A stretch of DNA of 32,000 bases from an uncultured Actinomycetes bacterium (lineage in GTDB: Bacteria; Actinomycetota; Actinomycetes; S36-B12; CAIYMF01). This document shows, one piece after another, positions 26,842 to 32,000 of the stretch (positions are counted from its first letter, which is position 1; every line of letters begins with the position of its first letter). The position numbers and the translations under genes were made by a program. The DNA lies in contig CAWJMG010000003.1 in NCBI GenBank assembly GCA_963843975.1, positions 390,001 through 422,000 on the forward strand. Reading direction: 5' to 3'. The notes beneath the pieces were generated by a model. That model had not been told where the DNA came from, did not search any database, and saw nothing but the letters and a program-made list of their open reading frames with translations.

Positions 26842-29593
26842 ATGGAGCTCACGGCCGAGGAACGACGTCTGCGCGAGGCACGTGACGGAGTGCCCTGGCG
26901 GCAGTGGGGGCCCTACCTCGCAGAGCGGCAGTGGGGCACCGTGCGCGAGGACTACAGCGACGACGGCAACGCGTGGGACTACTTCACCCACGACCAGTCC
27001 CGCTCGCGGGCCTACCGCTGGGGCGAGGACGGCATCGCCGGAATCAGCGACGACCACGGCCTCCTGTGCTTCGCGCTCGCCCTGTGGAACGGGAACGACC
27101 CGATCCTCAAGGAGCGGCTGTTCGGGCTCACCAACAGCGAGGGCAACCACGGCGAGGACGTGAAGGAGCTACTACTTCTACCTCGACAGCACCCCGACGC
27201 ACTCGTGGATGCGCTACCGCTACCGCTACCCGCAGCAGGCGTTCCCGTACGACGACCTCGTGCGCACCAACGCCGCGCGCGGGTACGACGACGACGAGTA
27301 CGAACTGCTCGACACGGGCATCTTCGACGGCGACCGGTACTTCGACGTCGACGTGGACTACGCGAAGGACGGGCCGCAGGCGCTCGTCGTGCGCATCACC
27401 GTGCGCAACCGCGGTCCCGAGGCCGCGCCGATCGACGTCCTGCCCACCCTCTGGTTCCGCAACACATGGTCGTGGGACGCGGAGAGCCCGCGCCCGGTCC
27501 TCGAGCGGGTGGACGGCGGGGGAGGGCCGACCGTCCGTGCGACCGACCACCGGCTCGGCGAGCGCTGGCTGCACGCGCCGTCGGGCGCCGAGCTGCTCTT
27601 CTGCGAGAACGAGACCAACGCCGAGCGGCTGTGGGGCCAGGCCAACGCGACGACGTACGTCAAGGACGGCGTCGACCGGGCCGTCGTCCATGGCGAGTCG
27701 TCCGCCGTGAACGGCGACCGCGGCACCAAGGTCGCGGTGGGGCTGCACGCGGAGGTGCCTGCCCGCGGTGAGGTGTCGTTCGTGCTGCGCCTCGACGACG
27801 GGGCTGGCGCGGCCGATGTCGAAGCCGACGAGGTGCTGGCGCAGAGGGAGTCCGAGGCGGACGAGTTCTACGCCTCGATCACGCCTCCGGCGCTCGACCC
27901 CGGCCGCGCCCACGTCCTGCGCACCGCTCTCGCGGGCATGCTCTGGAGCAAGCAGCACTACTTCTTCGACCTCGACCGCTGGCTGCAGGAGCACGACGGG
28001 CACCCGCTGCGGTCGCCGCGCAAGGCCGGGGTTCGCAACGCCGGCTGGGCGCACATGTACAACGACGACGTCATCTCCATGCCCGACACGTGGGAGTACC
28101 CGTGGTACGCCGCATGGGACCTCGCCTTCCACACGATGGCGCTCGCGATGGTCGACCCCGACTTCGCCAAGGGCCAGCTCGAGCTCATGCTCTCGTCGGC
28201 CTACCTCCACCCGACCGGCCAGATCCCCGCGTACGAGTGGAACTTCAGCGACGTCAACCCGCCCGTCCACGCGTGGGCGGTGGCCCTCACCTACGGCCTC
28301 GGCCGGATGCTCGCGGACGAGCCGGGCGAGCTCGCCAGCGGCGCCGACGACGTGGCGTTCCTCGAGGACGCGTTCAGCCGGCTGCTGGTGAACTTCACGT
28401 GGTGGGTCAACCGCAAGGACCCGAGCGGCAACAACGTGTTCGAGGGCGGCTTCCTCGGGATGGACAACGTCGGCGTCTTCGACCGGAGCAAGCCGCTGCC
28501 GACCGGCGGCCACCTCGAGCAGGCCGACGGCACCGCGTGGATGGCGTTCTTCAGCCAGTGCATGCTCGAGCTCGCGGTCGCGCTCTCGGACCACGAGCCG
28601 GCGTACGAGGGCTTCATCGTGAAGTTCGTCCAGCACTGGATGCAGATCGCGATGGCGATGGACCCTCTCGGCGACAACGCGGACGAGATGTGGGACGAGG
28701 AGGACGGGTTCTTCTACGACGTCCTGCGCCTCCCCGACGGTACCGGTCGGCGCATCGAGGTGCGCTCGATGGTCGGGCTGCTCCCGCTCTGCGCGACGGC
28801 CGTCGTCCCCGCGCATGTGATCGAGCGGTTCCCCAAGGTCGCGGCGGAGCTGCGCTACTACGTCGAGCGCAACGCCGACCTGCTCGGCGGCATCGCCGAT
28901 CCGCAGCTGCCCGGCGTCGACGGGCGCCGGCTGCTGGCGCTGGTCGACGAGCGCAAGCTGCGCCGGATCCTCGAGCGCATGCTCGACGAGGAGCGGTTCC
29001 TGTCGCCGCACGGCATCCGCTCGGTCTCCAAGTGGCACCTGGAGCACCCCTACGAGTTCGAGGCCGGGGGCGAGCGCTACGAGGTGCGGTACGACCCGGC
29101 CGACTCGCGCAGCGGCGCGTTCGGCGGCAACTCCAACTGGCGCGGGCCGGTGTGGATGCCGGTGAACGTGCTGCTGATCCGGGCGCTCCTGCAGTTCTAC
29201 CTCTACTACGGCGACGACTTCACGGTGGAGTGCCCGACCGGCTCGGGAGTGCACAAGACGCTGTACGAGGTCGCGCACGACCTCAGCGACCGGCTCATCA
29301 CGACGTTCACGCCAGGGCCCGACGGGCGCCGCCCGGTGTTCGGCGACGACACGCGGTTCGCCGACGACCCGCTCTGGCAGGACGACCTGCTCTTCTTCGA
29401 GTACTTCGACGGCGACACCGGTGCCGGGCTCGGCGCGTCGCACCAGACCGGGTGGACGGGCGTGGTGGCGAGGCTCGCCCAGATGTTCGCGAGCACCGAC
29501 GCCGCGACCGTGCTGCACGGCCCGAGCCGCCCCTTCACGGTGCCGTTCCGCCGGATCGCGGACCAGCCGCTGGTGCATCGGGACGGCGCGTGA
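26842..29593 (+). pseudogene. GH63-like (alpha/alpha)6 glucosidase (about 916 aa if repaired), single frame change
   Basis: ATG 26842 with GGGAGGG SD. ...[12 protein letters not shown] (track ORF 26821..27771) continues as [22 protein letters not shown] (track ORF 27209..29593) after one extra base near 27169 (AAG GAG c TAC TAC). WEYPWYAAWDLAFH and FEGGFLGMDN motifs. Confidence 0.75.
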
Positions 29594-29631
29594 CCCTCGC
29601 ATCCCGGCCCCGGCTTCCCTAGCCTTCGACC

Positions 29632-29955
29632 GTGGGGGACAACCGGCCGCCGGGCGTACGCGACCTCGAGGAGGTGCGCGGCGCCGACTGGTCGCGCGCC
29701 ACCTGGGCCGTGCCGAGCGAGGACGCGTCGCTCGTGCTGGCGCGACAGACCCTGACCGCGAGCGGTGGCCGAGAGGTCGTGTGGCGCGTGCCGGCACCGC
29801 GCCTGCCCGAGCTGTGCGAGCTCGTGGCGGCGCCCGAGTCGGATGCGGACGGTCTGCTCGCCTGGGCCGAGGAGGAGCCTGATCGGCTCGACGCGCTCGT
29901 GGACGGCCTCGGGCGCATGGATCCGTCGGTCGTCGACGACATCGCACTCAGCTGA
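29632..29955 (+). CDS. Acidic hypothetical protein (107 aa)
   Basis: Strong G/C third-position bias. The opposite-strand ORF 29619..30134 is Ser/Arg/Thr-rich shadow. No SD, but TAGCCT lies exactly 6 nt upstream of GTG 29632. No family recognised. Confidence 0.55.
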   Translation: MGDNRPPGVRDLEEVRGADWSRATWAVPSEDASLVLARQTLTASGGREVVWRVPAPRLPELCELVAAPESDADGLLAWAEEEPDRLDALVDGLGRMDPSVVDDIALS

Positions 29956-30220
29956 CGCGGCGTGTCGAGGTCGTTCGTCGTCGAACGAGTGTGACCCGCG
30001 AGACAACTGCGTGCTGATCGCACGTCCCGGTGTGCCGTGTCGAGGGCCGAGATCGGTTGGGGCACAGGCGATCGTGCGGATCCGGTGAGGTGGCCGAGGG
30101 TCCGAGGAAGGCTACCCTGCGTGGCGGTTACCACACCACGTCATCTATTCAATGTTGAACGACCGGGCGTAGGTTCCTAGGTGTCGGACCACGACAACCA
30201 CACCGCAAGGGGGCTCCACC

Positions 30221-30808
30221 ATGAAGCGCAGGACTCTCGACCTGACACTCGCCACTGTCGGTCTCGTCATGGCAGTCGTTCTGGCCATCGCCAGCGGACT
30301 GCTGCTGTTCGCATCGTCGTTCACCAACTCCACGATCAGCGACCAGCTCACTGCACAGAACATCTCGTTCCCGGCTGCCGACCAGCTTCCGGTCGACCAG
30401 TACGGCGCGACGGTCAACGGCTACGCCGGCCAGCAGGTCACCACGGGCGCGCAGGCCAAGGCCTACAGCGACATGATCGCCGTCCACCTCACCTTCGTCG
30501 CCGACGGCAAGACGTACTCCGAGGTCAGCGAGGCCTGGATCGAGTCCGCCGAGAACCCTGCCGACCGCGACCCGGCCCTCGGCGCCCAGCGCCAGACCCT
30601 GTTCATGGGTGAGACGCTCCGCGGCCTGCTGATGAACGTGTACGCGTTCAGCATCTTCGGCCTCGTCGCCTACATCGCCGGCTGGGTCGCCGCGATCGCC
30701 GCCCTCGTGATGGTCGGCCTCGCGATCTACGGCTTCGCCCACGCCCACAAGCTCCACAAGGCAGAGCTGCTCGAGGCCCCGGCCGTCGAGACCATCCCTG
30801 TCGCCTGA
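30221..30808 (+). CDS. Conserved actinobacterial membrane protein (N- and C-terminal TM helices)
   Basis: ATG 30221 with AAGGGGG SD. One TM helix near the N-terminus and two near the C-terminus. DQLTAQNISFPAADQL and GETLRGLLMNVYAFSIFG resemble a family I recall being mislabelled LigA-like in actinobacterial genomes. Confidence 0.7.
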   Translation: MKRRTLDLTLATVGLVMAVVLAIASGLLLFASSFTNSTISDQLTAQNISFPAADQLPVDQYGATVNGYAGQQVTTGAQAKAYSDMIAVHLTFVADGKTYSEVSEAWIESAENPADRDPALGAQRQTLFMGETLRGLLMNVYAFSIFGLVAYIAGWVAAIAALVMVGLAIYGFAHAHKLHKAELLEAPAVETIPVA

Positions 30809-30840
30809 CCCCCTGCGGTCGGAACCTCGACCGACAGAAA

Positions 30841-30876
30841 CACGACGCCCCCCGGCATCAGCCGGGGGGCGTCGTG
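30841..30876. terminator. Bidirectional perfect GC hairpin between convergent genes
   Basis: CACGACGCCCCCCGGC-atca-GCCGGGGGGCGTCGTG, a 16-bp perfect stem between the stops at 30808 (+) and 30890 (-). Confidence 0.7.
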
Positions 30877-30889
30877 CGTGCGTGCTGGT

Positions 30890-31234
30890 TCAGCCGCCGT
30901 TGCCGCCGCGGCCGCCGCTGCTCCCGCCGTTGCTGCTCGACGAGCCGCCGGAGGAGCCGGAGCTCGACGACGAGCCGCCGGAGGAGCCGGAGCTCGACGA
31001 CGAGCCGCCGGAGGAGCCGGAGCTCGACGACGAGCCGCCCGACGAGCTCGCGGTCGGTGCTGCCGTGGGGCTGCAGGTGCCGCTGAAGCAGGTGGACATG
31101 GTGCTGAAGTTCCCGGCGACGGTGCGGCCGAGGACGCTGACGGCGAGCACGATGCCGCCGACCAGCGTGACGAGCAGGGCGTACTCGACCGCGGAGGCAC
31201 CGCGGTCGTCGCGGAGCCGGGCGATGATGCGCAC
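30890..31234 (-). CDS. flp: Flp/Fap-type prepilin with long Ser/Gly-rich C-terminal extension (114 aa)
   Basis: GTG 31234 is preceded by GAGGGGAAGG 6 nt upstream. VRIIARLRDDRG/ASAVEYALLVTLVGGIVLAV is the Flp leader, G/xxxxEY motif and helix. It is followed by CFSGTC, PTAAPTA and an SSGG-type tail. Confidence 0.85.
   Translation of the reverse strand: MRIIARLRDDRGASAVEYALLVTLVGGIVLAVSVLGRTVAGNFSTMSTCFSGTCSPTAAPTASSSGGSSSSSGSSGGSSSSSGSSGGSSSSSGSSGGSSSSNGGSSGGRGGNGG
30938..31039. repeat. Perfect tandem repeat, 30-bp unit x 3.4 copies, inside the pilin coding region
   Basis: The unit cgagccgccggaggagccggagctcgacga starts at 30941, 30971 and 31001. Period-30 identity holds without mismatch from 30938 to 31039. 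On the minus strand it encodes SSSSGSSGGS per unit. Confidence 0.95.
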
Positions 31235-31433
31235 GACGTACCTTCCCCTCGTGGAGCGCGTCGTGGCTCCTGGGACGGCCACGTCAGCACCCTGAGGGTG
31301 ACCGGTCAGCCTCTCGGACGGCTCACGTGAGACCGAGGGCACGGTCAACGTTTCCGGGGCACGACGAACGGCCGTCCCCGGGACGGAGACGGCCGGAGCC
31401 GATGGGCATCTGGTACGGGCAGCGCCGCCGGAC

Positions 31434-31667
31434 CTACTTGAAGCCGTGGACGGCGGCCGCCTGCTCGCAGCCCTGGTGCTCGATGCACTGCTCCATGGGC
31501 ACCGTGCCCCCGTTGCCGCCCCCTGCCACCGCGACGACGCGGTTGAACGCGATGAACACCATCGCCACCAGTGCGACGGCGGCGACGAGCTGGAAGCTCA
31601 CCTCGACCATCGAGGCACCGGCGTCGGAGCGCAGCACGCCCGTGGCGGCGCTGATCGAGCGGAACAT
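31434..31667 (-). CDS. Divergent Flp-like prepilin (77 aa)
   Basis: ATG 31667 with GGAGGAC SD; the track start 31679 is 4 codons upstream. MFRSISAATGVLRSDAG/ASMVEVSFQLVAAVALVAMVFIAF keeps the Gly cleavage site and Glu5 but has Val instead of Tyr6. The C-terminal region has CIEHQGC. Confidence 0.7.
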   Translation of the reverse strand: MFRSISAATGVLRSDAGASMVEVSFQLVAAVALVAMVFIAFNRVVAVAGGGNGGTVPMEQCIEHQGCEQAAAVHGFK

Positions 31668-31788
31668 GACGTCCTCCATGACGTGGCATCGACCGAATGG
31701 CCGATGGCCAACTGTCGAACGGCTGTCTCTGCGAACGCTCAGCGGCGACCGCGTGCGTCGCTCAAGACCCGTCGTGGGCGGCCGTACC

Positions 31789-32000
31789 TCACGTGAGGCC
31801 GGCCACAGCCCCCCAGATCGAGGTGGCGAGCACCGTGGCGCCGAGCCCGAGGAGCACCGACAGGCCGGTGCCCTTCATCGCCTCGACCGTCGACGGCCAG
31901 GCGGCCGCGTGGTCGGGCAGCCGGACCCGCTCGGCGAGGTACACGCCGAGCACGAAGCCGAGCGGCAGCCCGACGACGGGCACGAGGAAGAAGCCGATGA
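31789..32000 (-). CDS. DUF456-like membrane protein, C-terminal fragment; 5' end lies outside the window
   Basis: Frame is open to the window edge. ...IGFFLVPVVGLPLGFVLGVYLAERVRLPDHAAAWPSTVEAMKGTGLSVLLGLGATVLA fits the DUF456 C-terminal pattern. Confidence 0.65.
   Translation of the reverse strand, partial: IGFFLVPVVGLPLGFVLGVYLAERVRLPDHAAAWPSTVEAMKGTGLSVLLGLGATVLATSIWGAVAGLT

Noticed and set aside
27128-29947. 939-aa minus-strand ORF
   Set aside because: It is antisense to the GH63-like gene, whose plus-strand translation carries clear family motifs.
29956-30220. Possible small RNA or tRNA in the 265-bp lower-GC intergenic region
   Set aside because: No cloverleaf or T-loop signature (GTTCRANYC) and no strong terminator-bounded structure. 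It contains a short hairpin after the upstream ORF and an AT-richer patch (TTCAATGTTGAA) best explained as the promoter region of the membrane-protein gene.
30938-31039. Possible CRISPR-like array, given the 30-bp period
   Set aside because: The repeats are directly abutting with no spacers, lie inside a coding frame (10 codons per unit), and no cas genes are nearby.
30882-31295. Plus-strand ORFs reading (EPPEEPELDD)n or Arg/Ala repeats across the 30-bp repeats
   Set aside because: They are the complement of the pilin gene. The minus-strand frame has an SD and the diagnostic Flp G/ASAVEY motif, while the plus-strand ORFs have no start signals.
1-32000. Mobile element, prophage, genomic island or defence locus
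   Set aside because: No integrase, transposase or recombinase-like ORF, no tRNA target, no terminal inverted or direct repeats, and no compositional island. The only low-GC patches are short intergenic promoter regions.

Overview
This is a very GC-rich, actinobacterial-type chromosomal segment; third codon positions are almost always G or C. About 30 protein-coding genes are packed on both strands. I recognised no rRNA, tRNA, CRISPR array, transposase, integrase or phage gene.

Gene content, left to right:
- the tail of an ICMT-type methyltransferase plus flavoprotein pair (srs-like)
- an SQR-like flavoprotein
- a DUF1254/DUF1214 lipoprotein
- a small secreted protein
- a membrane GGDEF-EAL protein
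- an XRE-cupin regulator divergent from an SDR-like gene and a bicupin gene
- a badly broken amidohydrolase
- a PlsC acyltransferase
- a TolB-like secreted protein
- a TTC38-like TPR protein
- two very small proteins missing from the ORF track
- a three-gene operon with a ThuA/ThuB-like fusion
- a GCS2 ligase, YegP, MenG and a tandem USP
- a SAM methyltransferase
- a broken OYE/FAD flavoenzyme
- a broken GH63-like glucosidase
- an acidic hypothetical protein
- a conserved membrane protein
- two tandem Flp-type pilin genes
- a DUF456 fragment

Most of the very long ORFs in the six-frame track are antisense or read-through shadows, as expected at this GC content.

I did not find a convincing new multi-gene system such as a defence, secretion or mobile module. 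The most unusual items are:
1. An Flp pilin with a roughly 50-residue Ser/Gly tail encoded by perfect 30-bp tandem repeats.
2. Fifteen frame changes confined to three genes, 14 of them in the same direction.
3. An SDR-fold protein in which all three catalytic positions appear replaced. It sits behind a promoter with an embedded perfect palindrome, next to an XRE-cupin regulator.
4. A recurring TAnnnT-N6-start (leaderless) architecture at five genes.

All family calls come from motif recognition by eye. No database search was run.
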